Positions 7,745 through 18,125 are shown, counted from the first letter of the stretch. The stretch is DNA of 64,000 bases from Candidatus Saccharimonadota bacterium (GCA_017460065.1 JAFUBT010000003.1:7134-71133), one strand, 5' to 3'. The notes: generated by a model not told the origin, from the letters alone. Program-made: numbers and translations.

Positions 7745-8644
7745 CTACCACTCTGCCCGCTGCGTGTGCAGGTCGATTATCTTATTAACTTCAGCATCCG
7801 CCTCGGTATTCTTACTACGCGGTACATGCGTAAAGCTGAACGAATCAAGATTTTCCAGCAACTTTAGCACATCGCTATACACCTGCATCAGATCTTTATT
7901 CTTCACTTGGTACACCCCGTTCAGCTGATTCACCATCATCAGACTGTCGCTCATAAAGTTCACCTTCTTGTAGCCCAGTTCGATTGCCTGCTCTAACCCC
8001 TCTTTCAGGCCATAATACTCTGCTAACCGGCTATTCGACATCCCCAGAAATTCTCCGCCCCGCTTAATTTCCTTGCCGTCCGCATCTAAAATATAATACC
8101 CAACCCCGCTCGGCCCAGGGTTGCCCCGGCTACCGCCATCGGTGTAAACCGTAATCACTCCACTCGCAGTCAGATTGCCGCCTTCACTCTCCTGGCCAAA
8201 ATTCGCCATCCGCTCAGCCAGCTTCGGTCGGTTTGCCTTATTTTGGATAATCTGCAATACCATCCCCGACGCTTCATCGAGTCGCAATTCGTTCACCCGT
8301 TCGACCTCTTGCCAACTATAGGCAACGTGACGCTCATTCGTCAGCTTTATCTCGGCCTGCGCATCAAAATTCACTCGAAACACCACGAACAAATTCGCCA
8401 AAGCCGAAGCCGATTCGAGATTCGTAAAGGTCACGACATCTTCCAGCATTAACTCTTGCGCTTGCACCGCTAGATTCTCGTAAATAATCCGCGCCATCGC
8501 TTCATCCGGCTGTTCGCCGAATACAATCTTCCCTGTCGGCAACTCATAATTATCCATACCAACCACGCGCCCCGCCGCGCGTTTCAAGAGCAACACTTTA
8601 CCCTCGTGCTCACAGATTGCCGTCACCCGAATCCGCTGTTTCAT
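7745..8644 (-). CDS. two-domain protein: N-terminal Nudix-like domain fused to C-terminal RNase HI
   Basis: C-terminal half VITVYTDGGSRGNPGPSGVGYYI...AEYYGLKEGL...HVPRSKNTEADAEVN is RNase H-like. N-terminal GKIVFGEQPDEAMARIIYENLAV resembles a degenerate Nudix box. Confidence 0.7.
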   Translation of the reverse strand: MKQRIRVTAICEHEGKVLLLKRAAGRVVGMDNYELPTGKIVFGEQPDEAMARIIYENLAVQAQELMLEDVVTFTNLESASALANLFVVFRVNFDAQAEIKLTNERHVAYSWQEVERVNELRLDEASGMVLQIIQNKANRPKLAERMANFGQESEGGNLTASGVITVYTDGGSRGNPGPSGVGYYILDADGKEIKRGGEFLGMSNSRLAEYYGLKEGLEQAIELGYKKVNFMSDSLMMVNQLNGVYQVKNKDLMQVYSDVLKLLENLDSFSFTHVPRSKNTEADAEVNKIIDLHTQRAEW

Positions 8645-8680
8645 TACCTTGAATTATACCATAAGCGTAAACCGCAAAAA

Positions 8681-8810
8681 ATCCTAAGTGAGTGCGTTTT
8701 CCCGTGATAAGAACACGGTGGGTAAACTCGCTTGCTCTAGAACCACGGTCCTAAAACCTTGAATTCCCATAAACATGATTATTCAGGAAAATCATGTGCT
8801 CACTTAGGAT
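8681..8810. repeat. 12-bp perfect inverted repeat enclosing ~106 nt in an intergenic region
   Basis: atcctaagtgag (8681-8692) and ctcacttaggat (8799-8810). Internal hairpins ccgtg/cacgg and catgatt/aatcatg. Confidence 0.5.
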
Positions 8811-8845
8811 ACTTCTATTATACCATAATTGCCAAAGCGCCAAAT

Positions 8846-9475
8846 CTAGGCGACGCCGACCAATGCATAGAAAAAATGCAATATCCCCTCTGTCGCTGCG
8901 CTCATATAATTACTGAATAACCCTCCACCTAGCAGTAATAAGGCATAAATCACAATCACCCCATAGCGCTCCATCGTCCGCATCACCCCACGAATCGACT
9001 CCGGCGCCAAGGCGTACAATATCCTCGAGCCATCTAGCGGTGGAATCGGCAATATATTAAATAGACAGAACCCCAGATTCACCATAATCGCCGTCAGCAA
9101 GAAAGTCCCCACCATCCCTGTTGCCTGCGTCCAATACAACAACAAAAATGCCCCTAAGGCCAGCACGAAATTCGTCAGCGGCCCCATCAGCGCCACCAAG
9201 GCAAAGCCCCATTCGCCACCCCGCACCTTTCGGGTGTCAATCGGTACCGGTTTTGCCCCACCAAAGACTGGCATTCCCGCCAACGCAAGCATCAGCGGCA
9301 CCAGTACCGTCATAACTGGATCAATGTGTCGTAGAGGATTTAGTGACAGCCGCCCATCGTTCTTTGCGGTATCGTCCCCCAACTTATAGGCCGTAAAACC
9401 ATGCGCTAATTCATGCAGTACCATCGAAAATACCACAATCACGAACACGAAAATAAGGTAATAGATTTTATCCAT
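8846..9475 (-). CDS. site-2 protease family (M50) membrane metalloprotease
   Basis: HELAHG motif in the first TM helix, multiple TM segments, PLDGSRIL motif. Confidence 0.8.
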   Translation of the reverse strand: MDKIYYLIFVFVIVVFSMVLHELAHGFTAYKLGDDTAKNDGRLSLNPLRHIDPVMTVLVPLMLALAGMPVFGGAKPVPIDTRKVRGGEWGFALVALMGPLTNFVLALGAFLLLYWTQATGMVGTFLLTAIMVNLGFCLFNILPIPPLDGSRILYALAPESIRGVMRTMERYGVIVIYALLLLGGGLFSNYMSAATEGILHFFYALVGVA

Positions 9476-9505
9476 TACCTTATTATAGCACCTACTAAAA
9501 GTGTC

Positions 9506-9697
9506 TTATTTAATCAAACCTTTTTTACGGAGCGTGCGCAAAGCAGAGGTTGAAACATTCAACTTAACCTTACGGCCATCAACCACTACGGTACGCTTTT
9601 GGATGTTTGGCTTAAAAACCTTGCGAGTCTTGTGCTGCGAAAAACTCACATTGTGGCCATACATCTTGCCTTTACCGGTAATTTCACATACTGCCAT
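9506..9697 (-). CDS. rpmB: 50S ribosomal protein L28
   Basis: MAVCEITGKGKMYGHNVSFSQHKTRKVFKPNIQK... Confidence 0.9.
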   Translation of the reverse strand: MAVCEITGKGKMYGHNVSFSQHKTRKVFKPNIQKRTVVVDGRKVKLNVSTSALRTLRKKGLIK

Positions 9698-9780
9698 ATC
9701 TATTATTCTCTATTATTTTCTTAAAACTGCGTTCTATTATATCTTATAATCCCTGTTTTTGCAAGGCTCAGCCGCAGCGT

Positions 9781-10230
9781 CTAGTCCAGCTTCCAGACTT
9801 CGAGCGCCGGCGGCAAAGCCGAGGCGTTCTTAATGCGCAGCTTCTTCTCTAGCTTCACGCCTGCCTTTATCTCTGCAAAGTCCATGTTGCCCATTGGGAT
9901 AACAATCTTCGGCTCGACGATCGACACAATTTTCGCATTCGCCGTTCCCAAGATATCAATCGGCCCCAATTCGTCCAGCTCTTCCGTCTTGACGCCGTCG
10001 CCCACCAAACCAATCTTGATACCGTCGATATCAATCCGATACATCACGCCCCCCTCTTTGGTGTCCTTAGCGCTAATCACAATATCGCCAATTTCATACT
10101 CACCTGCACCGACCAAATCCCCTACCGGTAAGGCTGCATCCACCCTTGATTGTGCGACATTAATATTTACGAGCTTTTCCTTAGCCCGAATCACCATTTC
10201 ATCAGAATTTTTCAGCTCTATTTCAAACAT
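9781..10230 (-). CDS. hypothetical protein
   Basis: 149-aa ORF with a strong upstream GGAGAGGAG RBS. No domain recognised. Confidence 0.5.
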   Translation of the reverse strand: MFEIELKNSDEMVIRAKEKLVNINVAQSRVDAALPVGDLVGAGEYEIGDIVISAKDTKEGGVMYRIDIDGIKIGLVGDGVKTEELDELGPIDILGTANAKIVSIVEPKIVIPMGNMDFAEIKAGVKLEKKLRIKNASALPPALEVWKLD

Positions 10231-10250
10231 TCTCTACTCCTCTCCACCAA

Positions 10251-10853
10251 TTACAAAATATTTTCTGGATCGTATCGCTCGCTGACTTGCAGCTGCATCA
10301 CGCTCTGCAAGAAACGGTCGCGCACGCTCTTTCTATATATATAATCTTCCTTGCTCAGAATGACATAGTTGAGCGGCTTCCCCTCGCGCTTCTCGACTAC
10401 TTCCGCCCACCGCGTCAATTTCCTTGCTTCATCGTTGCCAACAATTAGCACATCAATGCCATCCTGCCCGACCAAACGATTCGTCACCAATACTGCATTA
10501 ATCAAGTTCGCAACTGGACGAATGTATTCTTCCCACACGTCGCGATGCACTTCCACGTCTTCAACCGAACCAATTTTCTTGGAAAAAATTTCAGTCATCG
10601 GCCGCGCAAACGGGTGTCTCATATTAGCTGAATAATATAATTTGTTCTCGTAGTTCTCAGTTTTTACCAACCCAAGAGTACTTAAATTGGTCAGCTCACG
10701 GCGCACAGAGTTAATCTGTTCACCAATTACCCGCGTAATCTCACGCACATAATAATTTTTGTCAGGGTTATCAAAGAACAGCGCAAGTAGCTTTGCTCTG
10801 GTCTTCGAGCCAAATAATTTCTCAAGTGGCATCGTATTATTCTCTTTGCTCAT
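10251..10853 (-). CDS. winged-helix (ArsR-like) transcriptional regulator with C-terminal uncharacterised domain
   Basis: N-terminus LFGSKTRAKLLALFFDNPDKNYYVREITRVIGEQINSVRRELTNLSTLGLV. Confidence 0.6.
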   Translation of the reverse strand: MSKENNTMPLEKLFGSKTRAKLLALFFDNPDKNYYVREITRVIGEQINSVRRELTNLSTLGLVKTENYENKLYYSANMRHPFARPMTEIFSKKIGSVEDVEVHRDVWEEYIRPVANLINAVLVTNRLVGQDGIDVLIVGNDEARKLTRWAEVVEKREGKPLNYVILSKEDYIYRKSVRDRFLQSVMQLQVSERYDPENIL

Positions 10854-10891
10854 CCTACTTCAATTTTAACACAAAACAGAATAAATAATTT

Positions 10892-11677
10892 CTAAGAATA
10901 ATATTTCAATATCCAGTTTTTCGCTTCATTGCTGTTCAGCCAATTAATATTCTGGTTCCGCTTAAACCAAGTTAATTGCCGCTTCGCCAAATGCCAGTCT
11001 ACTACCGCATTTTTCTGTACGGCCGCAGCCAAACTTAGCCGCCCACGCATCACATCCCAGACAATCGGATAAATATCCGACTTCATCGCCTGACAATCCC
11101 AGCCATAAGCCTCCACCATGCGCAAACATTCCGCTTCAATGTCCTGAGCAAATAATTTATGCGACCTTGCTAAAAGCCGCTCTCGCAGCTGTGCACGTGG
11201 CCAATCGAGCCCTACAATTACATACTCCGCACACATTTCTGAACGGTCTGAACAAGTTTTTTTCACATCGTTCGTAAATTGATAGTCGTAAACTAGCGCA
11301 TCAACGTATAGTCCCGTACCGCCAACAATAATCGGCAAGTGCTCTCGCTTACGTATCTCTGCTATCTTCTGCCGCGCATAACGCTGAAAGTCCACCGCCG
11401 TAAAACGTTCATCAGGCTCCACTAAGTCTAAGCCCCAATGCGGCACTCCACGCATCTCCGCCTTTGTCGGTTTTGCCGTGCCGATATCCATCCCCTTATA
11501 AATCGCCCGCGAATCGGCCGATATAACCTCTGCAGCGCAGTCAACCCCCCTCTGCCCCGCTAACGCCAGAGCCACCTCAATCGCCAAAGTAGTTTTCCCA
11601 CTGCCCGTCGGACCAATAATGACCAGGTTTTGCTCCTGGCCATTATTGTGCGACACTGCTGTTTTTGCCACTTTCAA
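10892..11677 (-). CDS. miaA: tRNA dimethylallyltransferase
   Basis: P-loop IIGPTGSGKTTLA, SADSRAIYKGMDIGTAKPT, PIIVGGTGLYVDAL. Confidence 0.85.
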   Translation of the reverse strand: MKVAKTAVSHNNGQEQNLVIIGPTGSGKTTLAIEVALALAGQRGVDCAAEVISADSRAIYKGMDIGTAKPTKAEMRGVPHWGLDLVEPDERFTAVDFQRYARQKIAEIRKREHLPIIVGGTGLYVDALVYDYQFTNDVKKTCSDRSEMCAEYVIVGLDWPRAQLRERLLARSHKLFAQDIEAECLRMVEAYGWDCQAMKSDIYPIVWDVMRGRLSLAAAVQKNAVVDWHLAKRQLTWFKRNQNINWLNSNEAKNWILKYYS

Positions 11678-11689
11678 TATCTCGGTATC

Positions 11690-12250
11690 CTATTTTTGCC
11701 GTTCGCGGTATGCGTAACTTTCTGTATCTACCGAAATCACGTCGTCCGTCTTAATGAAGGCTGGCACCTTCACAGTCACGCCAGTTTCCAGCTTGGCGTC
11801 CTTCATCACAGACGAAGTGGTATCGCCTTTGACGACGCTTTCAGTATACTCTACCTTTAGCCACACATTTTTTGGCAACACTAAGTTAATCGGCGTTTCA
11901 TTATAGAATTGGATATCAAAGTTCTCGCCCTCTTTCATAAAATCCTTCGCATCACCGACCATATCTGCCGATAATTCAAACTGCTCGAAGCTTTCCGGAT
12001 TCATGAAATAGTACTTTTCGCCATCGTTGTACAGATATTGTACCGCTTGATTGGTGACCTCGGCCGGCTCAATCTTTTCTTGCCCTTTGAAAGTTTTTGG
12101 CAACAGCGCACCCGTCACTAAGTTCTTAACCTTAACATTAACGATGCTACCACCGCGCCCCATCACTTTCTGGGAATACTCAACCACCTTATACGGCTGC
12201 CCATCAAGCGTAATCAGCGTATTTTTCTTTAAATCTGTTGGCCCGTACAT
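11690..12250 (-). CDS. efp: elongation factor P
   Basis: 186 aa with ITLDGQPYKVVEYSQKVMGRGGSIVNVKVKNLVTG. Confidence 0.9.
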   Translation of the reverse strand: MYGPTDLKKNTLITLDGQPYKVVEYSQKVMGRGGSIVNVKVKNLVTGALLPKTFKGQEKIEPAEVTNQAVQYLYNDGEKYYFMNPESFEQFELSADMVGDAKDFMKEGENFDIQFYNETPINLVLPKNVWLKVEYTESVVKGDTTSSVMKDAKLETGVTVKVPAFIKTDDVISVDTESYAYRERQK

Positions 12251-12261
12251 TTACCCCCCCA

Positions 12262-12459
12262 CTAAGCGGCTGCCACGAATGGCATTAAGGCCAAATGCCG
12301 TGCTCGCTTGACGGCTACGGCTAGTTGGCGCTGTTGCTTGGCGGATAGGCCAGTTTTGGCAATTGGCTCAATCCGGCCATAGGCATCAACATAACGCTGT
12401 AGAGTCTTTACGTCGCGATAGTCAAAATACATGTTTGGATCATTTTTATAACGTTTCAT
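12262..12459 (-). CDS. rpsR: 30S ribosomal protein S18
   Basis: [22 protein letters not shown]...[26 protein letters not shown]. Confidence 0.9.
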   Translation of the reverse strand: MKRYKNDPNMYFDYRDVKTLQRYVDAYGRIEPIAKTGLSAKQQRQLAVAVKRARHLALMPFVAAA

Positions 12460-12470
12460 TTGTCCCTTTC

Positions 12471-12923
12471 TTAAAATGGAATTTCACTTAAATCAATTGG
12501 TTCATCACTGATGTCATCTGGGGCGACATCTTGGCTGGCGCTAGCGGCCTTACTGCCACCGCTGTAGTTTGCTGCAGTATCGCTGCTGTTACCGCCGCCA
12601 ATGAAGTTGAAATCTTCAACGTTAATTTCGACGCGAGAGCGCTTTTGACCTTCTTTGTCCTCCCAGCTACGCTGGTCGAGGCGGCCAGATACCATAATCC
12701 CGCTGCCTTTTTTGGCATATTGCGCGATAATTTCGCCGCCTTTGCCCCAGGCTGAACAATCAATAAACGAAACCTGTTCCTGCTGTGCGCCAGAACTGTC
12801 TTTATAGCTACGATTTACTGCCACCGTAAAACTACAAACCTGTGCCCCACTGGGGGTGCTACGCAATTCTGGATCACGTGTTAAATTACCCATAATGATT
12901 GCTTTGCTAAAACCGCGCGCCAT
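12471..12923 (-). CDS. ssb: single-stranded DNA-binding protein
   Basis: OB-fold N-terminus [31 protein letters not shown] and acidic tail ending DLSEIPF. Confidence 0.9.
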   Translation of the reverse strand: MARGFSKAIIMGNLTRDPELRSTPSGAQVCSFTVAVNRSYKDSSGAQQEQVSFIDCSAWGKGGEIIAQYAKKGSGIMVSGRLDQRSWEDKEGQKRSRVEINVEDFNFIGGGNSSDTAANYSGGSKAASASQDVAPDDISDEPIDLSEIPF

Positions 12924-12926
12924 GTC

Positions 12927-13271
12927 TTATTCCTCCTCTTTGCTTGCTTCTTGCGCTTTGCGCTCTTGGCGTTTTGCCAACATTTTTTCGCGACGTGGAT
13001 CCTTGGCAACCAGCAGATAGCGAATTACTTCGTCGGTGATGTTGAGCACAGACGAAATTTTGGCTGGTGCTGGCAGCTCCACTTCGTAGTAGTAATACAC
13101 CGCAAAGTCTTGCCCTTTGATTTGATAGGCGAGCTTTTTCTTGCCTTCGTTGTTTTCTTTGGTAATTTTGCCGCCATTGCTCTCAATCAGAGCCTTGACC
13201 TTGTCGGTGGCCGCCTCAAGATTCATCTCCAAATCTGGATGAACGAGTACGGTTAATTCGTATTCTCGCAT
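12927..13271 (-). CDS. rpsF: 30S ribosomal protein S6
   Basis: Start taken at MREYELTVLVHPDLE. The ORF-track start at 13367 adds an implausible extension. Confidence 0.85.
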   Translation of the reverse strand: MREYELTVLVHPDLEMNLEAATDKVKALIESNGGKITKENNEGKKKLAYQIKGQDFAVYYYYEVELPAPAKISSVLNITDEVIRYLLVAKDPRREKMLAKRQERKAQEASKEEE

Positions 13272-13415
13272 GAACACTCCTTTGGTTAAAGCAAGAGCAC
13301 AATATTTTTGCATTTTTCTGCCTCTTGCTGAGTTATTATCCCTGTAATTATACCACAGTTTAGCCAAATTGCCTAGTCCATAAAAAGTCGCCCGGGAATA
13401 TCCCGAGCGATTTCT

Positions 13416-14711
13416 TTACAGGACGAATAATTTCTCGCGGAAATTATCGTCCCAAATTAGACCCTGGTTCTCCCAAGGCAAATCTGCGGGTTTCAAGCTA
13501 AACTGCCCCGACAGGGCCGTTAGCTGGTCTTCTGGCAAAGACAATCCGCAAGCCAACCAAGCAGGCTTTTCAAAATCCTGCACGAGAGTATAACCAGCAT
13601 AATACTGACACTCTTTCGTGAAGGCATAACCGTAGGGATTGCCACCATCACGACAGCCCTGCATTACGCGCAATGCCAACCCCCAAGCCGTCTCTAGCGG
13701 ATTGCGCAGGTCGCCAGCGTCATAACGTATGCTTTTGTCCGCCCACTGGGCGATTTCACCAAAACTCTTGCCCTGCAGGGCCTGATCGGCCATGATTGTC
13801 AAACGCGCTGCATCACGTAATGTTGGCACTTCGCCGAGAAAATACTCCTCAAGCTCTGCGTCAGAAGTCAAAGCGCGACCTCTCGATACGACGCCATCCG
13901 ATGACGGCATGCCGTGCAACACTGTCCGCGCATTCTCCGCATCCAGTATCCGGCATTCTACCACGCGCCCTATCGCACGCAGCAGCTCAACGCCGTTGAC
14001 GCTACGTGTCGCGGGAATCATGATTTTTCCTGGCTTCGCTTCTGTCGCGAAGCGTGCCACGCTAATCGCTCGCGCCCACTCGCTCTTGCTCACTACATAA
14101 GCGTCAGCCAAGCCATACTGCCGTAAGGCCCATTCAAGGCACATCTGCACTTGCGGCGCCTCTAGTCGCAGGTTAAGCAAAGCCTCTGCTTCCATGCACG
14201 GCGATTCGTAACGCAACGATTCCGCCCGCAGCCATGCTTCTAGCTCGGCCGCCCGCCCATGTGACGGTCGACCAAAACTCACTATCGCCGCTTCGCGTAG
14301 CGCCGCCGAATCACCTTCTGTGAACAACCGCAAAAACGCCAAGCTATTCAGCTTGTCCTTAATGCACTGCTGCACCAAATGTCGCAACACTCCCTCTTCG
14401 GCGTGCTGCGCTGGTGGCATTGCGCGTAGTTCTGCCTGTAATTCACTGAGTGCCCGTTCTTTCCACATCTGGATCGAAACGGTACTCTCATCGTACACAA
14501 ACATCGGCTCAGAAAACTTATTGCGCTTCGCCAGGTACAGCCAGCGCCGCTTTACTTCATCGACGTTGGTTGGTTGCAAAGCGCACGCCATCATCACTTC
14601 GATCTCCGCCAGCTTCTTGATTAACTTATCTAGCTGCGGATTATTTACTTTAGCCATCCCTTTGACAAAATCTCTTGCCAAAAAAATCACCCCTTTCAAA
14701 GTACTAGCCAC
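13416..14711 (-). CDS. DUF1704/MATCAP-like protein, paralog lacking the HExxH motif
   Basis: Shares blocks with ORF 20047..21285 (GYAFTKECQYYAGYT versus GYAFTKDWAYFGGYY). The metal-site position reads IGRVVECR instead of IGHEIECH. The start could be internal MAKVNNPQ. Confidence 0.5.
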   Translation of the reverse strand: MASTLKGVIFLARDFVKGMAKVNNPQLDKLIKKLAEIEVMMACALQPTNVDEVKRRWLYLAKRNKFSEPMFVYDESTVSIQMWKERALSELQAELRAMPPAQHAEEGVLRHLVQQCIKDKLNSLAFLRLFTEGDSAALREAAIVSFGRPSHGRAAELEAWLRAESLRYESPCMEAEALLNLRLEAPQVQMCLEWALRQYGLADAYVVSKSEWARAISVARFATEAKPGKIMIPATRSVNGVELLRAIGRVVECRILDAENARTVLHGMPSSDGVVSRGRALTSDAELEEYFLGEVPTLRDAARLTIMADQALQGKSFGEIAQWADKSIRYDAGDLRNPLETAWGLALRVMQGCRDGGNPYGYAFTKECQYYAGYTLVQDFEKPAWLACGLSLPEDQLTALSGQFSLKPADLPWENQGLIWDDNFREKLFVL

Positions 14712-14769
14712 TCAAAAGTTACTCTATCTTTCTGATTATAGCACATTTTATGTCAAAAATCAAGATGGC

Positions 14770-16731
14770 CTAATCATAAACCGGCAATTCCGGCGGGAAC
14801 GGGTCGTCTGCCATATCACCAAAATCATCTTCGCCGTAATCATCCTCCGCCTCATCGCGCAAAATTGCCCCACTCCCCGCCAAACCGTATGGATTAAAAC
14901 CCAAATCCTGCAAGAATCGTGACGGGAAATTATAATTCCGCCCACCGAACATAAATCGCGATTGCGCATAGCTCAGATATAATTGTTCCATCGCCCGCGT
15001 CATTCCCACATAGGCCAAACGGCGCTCCTCTTCCACGTCCTCCGCCGACTCGTCCATCGAGCGAACATGTGGTAACAAGCCCTCTTCCATCCCCACCAAA
15101 AACACCACCGGAAATTCTAGACCCTTAGCAGCATGCAACGTCATCAAAGTCACGGCATGCTCACCCGCCGACTCGTCTGCCGACGACATCAAAGCCGCAT
15201 CCGCCAAAAACTCATCTAGCGACGCATAGCCAGCCGCTTCACCTACCAAGGCCGTAATGTTTTCGTTGCGCTCCTCTGCCTTCAGCTTATCACCATCATT
15301 TAAGTATTGCCGGTAATCAATTTTCTGCAATAGCGCCTCCAGAATCTCCGCAGGCTGTGTGGCCGCCGCATGCATTTTACGCAGTTCCAGCAAGATCTTC
15401 AAAAATTCTTCATAGCGTTGCGCCGCTTTACCGCTCAATTTATCAGCTTCGCCAGCCAGAATCTTCTGCAGCGACACTGCCCCAATGCCCCGTGCTGGCA
15501 CATTCACCACCCGTTGCAAAGCTACTGTATCAAGAGGATTCACAATTAAATGCAGGTAGGCCAAAATATCCTTAATCTCCTTCCGGTCGTAGAATCGCAC
15601 CCCGCCCACCAATTTGTACGGAATCACCGCCTGCGCAAAGGCGTGCTCAAAGGCCTGCGACTGCGCATTAGTCCGATACAGCACCGCAAAATCACTCAGA
15701 GGCCGGCCGCTCTGCTTAATCGTCCAAGCCACCCAATCAGCCTCTTCCTTTTCGTCGCGCAATGCCTTAATCTCAATCGGCGCGCCATGCCCCTCTTCCG
15801 TAAATAGAACCTTATCGCTCCGCTGAGTATTTTTGGTAATAACTTTCTGCGCCGCATCCAAAATATTCTGCGTCGAGCGGTAATTCTGCTCCAGTTTAAT
15901 CACCTTCGCACCTGGAAAATCCCGCTCAAAATTCAGAATATTCGTAAAATCCGCCCCCCGCCACGAATAAATCGACTGCCAGTCATCTCCCACGCAGCAA
16001 ATATTGCGCTCGGCGTTCACCAACATCTTTACCAGCTGGTATTGGATATGGTTTGTGTCCTGGTATTCGTCAATCAAAATATGCTGGAAACGTCGTTGCC
16101 ACTTCTCGCGCAAATCCGGCCGCTGCCGCAACATTCGCACCACCTCCAGCAGTAAATCATCAAAATCCACCGCATCCGCGTGCTTTCGCATATCTTCATA
16201 TCGTGCATACACCTCTGCGATTTTTTGCTGCTGCGGATACATCGCCCCCGCCAGCAACTCGCCTGGTTCCTGCCCCTCGTTCTTGGCCCGCGAAATCGCC
16301 GCCTCACAGGCTTTCGGCTTCAGATTTTTGTCATTAATCTGCAAATCCTTCATCGCCCGCTTAATCAGCGCCAAGCGATCATCGGTGTCATATATCACAA
16401 AGTTCTTCGACAAGCCCACATTCTCCGCCTCAATCCGCAATATCCGTACACAAATCGCGTGAAAAGTCCCCATCCACGGCATAAAAGCGTACGAGTCGTC
16501 CGCCCCCAACAAGGCCGCCAAGCGGCTCCGCATCTCCCGTGCCGCCTTATTCGTAAAAGTCAGCGCCAAAATTTCATAAGGCTGCACCCCATGCGCAATC
16601 AAATTCGCAATCCGGTGCGTCAAGGTCTTCGTTTTGCCGCTCCCCGCCCCCGCCAAAATCAACACCGGCCCACTCAAAGTCTCCGCCGCATCCCGCTGCG
16701 CCTGATTTAAACCCGCCAAAATATTAGACAT
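14770..16731 (-). CDS. pcrA: ATP-dependent DNA helicase PcrA/UvrD
   Basis: AGAGSGKTKTLTHRIA, LTFTNKAAREM, ILIDEYQDTN, VTLMTLHAAKGLEFPVVFL, ERRLAYVGMTRA. Confidence 0.9.
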   Translation of the reverse strand: MSNILAGLNQAQRDAAETLSGPVLILAGAGSGKTKTLTHRIANLIAHGVQPYEILALTFTNKAAREMRSRLAALLGADDSYAFMPWMGTFHAICVRILRIEAENVGLSKNFVIYDTDDRLALIKRAMKDLQINDKNLKPKACEAAISRAKNEGQEPGELLAGAMYPQQQKIAEVYARYEDMRKHADAVDFDDLLLEVVRMLRQRPDLREKWQRRFQHILIDEYQDTNHIQYQLVKMLVNAERNICCVGDDWQSIYSWRGADFTNILNFERDFPGAKVIKLEQNYRSTQNILDAAQKVITKNTQRSDKVLFTEEGHGAPIEIKALRDEKEEADWVAWTIKQSGRPLSDFAVLYRTNAQSQAFEHAFAQAVIPYKLVGGVRFYDRKEIKDILAYLHLIVNPLDTVALQRVVNVPARGIGAVSLQKILAGEADKLSGKAAQRYEEFLKILLELRKMHAAATQPAEILEALLQKIDYRQYLNDGDKLKAEERNENITALVGEAAGYASLDEFLADAALMSSADESAGEHAVTLMTLHAAKGLEFPVVFLVGMEEGLLPHVRSMDESAEDVEEERRLAYVGMTRAMEQLYLSYAQSRFMFGGRNYNFPSRFLQDLGFNPYGLAGSGAILRDEAEDDYGEDDFGDMADDPFPPELPVYD

Positions 16732-16750
16732 GTATCTATTTTACACCACT

Positions 16751-17560
16751 CTACTCTTCGCAGAGACTCTTCTGGCTACCATCACGGTATACCAACACGC
16801 TCCCCACCGCATCGCCCAAGTTAGTCTCCATTATCGCTGCAACATTCTTTTCAATATTTTTCTCTAACGTTGCCGACTGGGTCGTAGCAGAGGCATATGG
16901 CGCATTTACCCGCAATATACTGGCAACTCCGTCCGTATCGACAAGATATGTTTTAATTTCCGAAACCTGTTGTCCGCATCCAACCATATCTGACACGTAA
17001 ACTATATTATTTAAGTCTAGTTTTATGCCTTCTACCTCAAAAACAGGATTCTCCATATCGTCCGACCATGGATGAAAGTCAAGCTCGTCTTTATTTAGCA
17101 TATATACTCCTGCTGCCCCGATTGTATCTGGGTTTGAAATCTTCCAATCTATCCACGTGTCGCTCTGCTGCACTTGCCTCATTTCTAAATACACATCACC
17201 GGCAGCCGTCACATAATAAGCCATCCCGTAATTTTCGCGCACAAAGCCCATTCGTTGCTTCGCCGCCTTCGGCTCTTCGGCCTTAGCTTCACCCCCACTA
17301 CTCACAGCCTCAGATTCTGTCTGCTCACTATTTTCTTCTCTTGCCGCTTTAGGTATATCATTCTGCTCGGATATCCTATCATAAGCAACATATCCACCCA
17401 ACCCTGCCGTCGCCAGCGCAAAAATTATGCACAGAGTCTTTGTTACCTTACCGCTCTTTGCTTTCTTTGGTTTTTCCGCTACTGGCACCGCTGGCTGCAT
17501 TGGCGTCATAGTCGGTTGCCCCGACGCAATAAATTCACCCTCTTGTTGCATTTTCCCCAT
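16751..17560 (-). CDS. hypothetical membrane-anchored protein
   Basis: 269 aa with one TM helix (LCIIFALATAGLGGYVAY) after a Lys/Pro-rich N-terminus. Confidence 0.5.
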   Translation of the reverse strand: MGKMQQEGEFIASGQPTMTPMQPAVPVAEKPKKAKSGKVTKTLCIIFALATAGLGGYVAYDRISEQNDIPKAAREENSEQTESEAVSSGGEAKAEEPKAAKQRMGFVRENYGMAYYVTAAGDVYLEMRQVQQSDTWIDWKISNPDTIGAAGVYMLNKDELDFHPWSDDMENPVFEVEGIKLDLNNIVYVSDMVGCGQQVSEIKTYLVDTDGVASILRVNAPYASATTQSATLEKNIEKNVAAIMETNLGDAVGSVLVYRDGSQKSLCEE

Positions 17561-17732
17561 TCCTTTTTACTTATGTTTATTTTACCGCACTCGCTGCAAA
17601 GCGCCAACACATTCGCGTCCGCAGACTGAGCCTTTTTGGTCAGGAATCCTGACCAAAAAGGTCTATAGCAAAAAACAGACACTAAGAACGCATCAAATCA
17701 AAGTACCGTTCGTATACATAGTTACGCAACAG

Positions 17733-18119
17733 CTACGTAACCGTGCCCCTCCCATCTTCCTCGGCTCGAGCTTTCTGTACCAGCCAGCCATACTGAACCG
17801 GCTTTTGTATCTGCAGGCCATACCGTCTCGCCCTAATCACATGATATTGCGCATCCACCGCCGACACAAAATTCCGCGCCTTATCGTTATAAACATGTCG
17901 CGCAATCGTCACCACAGTTTTCAAATCATAACACTTGACACATCGTTGTCGGTGAAATTCCAGGACTCCCCGCAATCGCAAACGACGGCACTGTCAGCGT
18001 CCAATCGTCATCTGGCCCAAATGATAATACAAATTACTCTTAGAAATACCTAACAACTCGCAAATCTCACGCACCGTAAAATAAGTATTCTGCTGCAACA
18101 AATCTACGCGAACGACCAT
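17733..18119 (-). CDS. small HTH-domain protein (possible transposase remnant) interrupted by in-frame TGA at 17994-17996
   Basis: Own translation from ATG at 18117-18119: MVVRVDLLQQNTYFTVREICELLGISKSNLYYHLGQMTIGR*QCRRLRLRGVLEF..., continuing in frame into ORF 17733..17981. Confidence 0.4.
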
Positions 18120-18125
18120 GACCTT

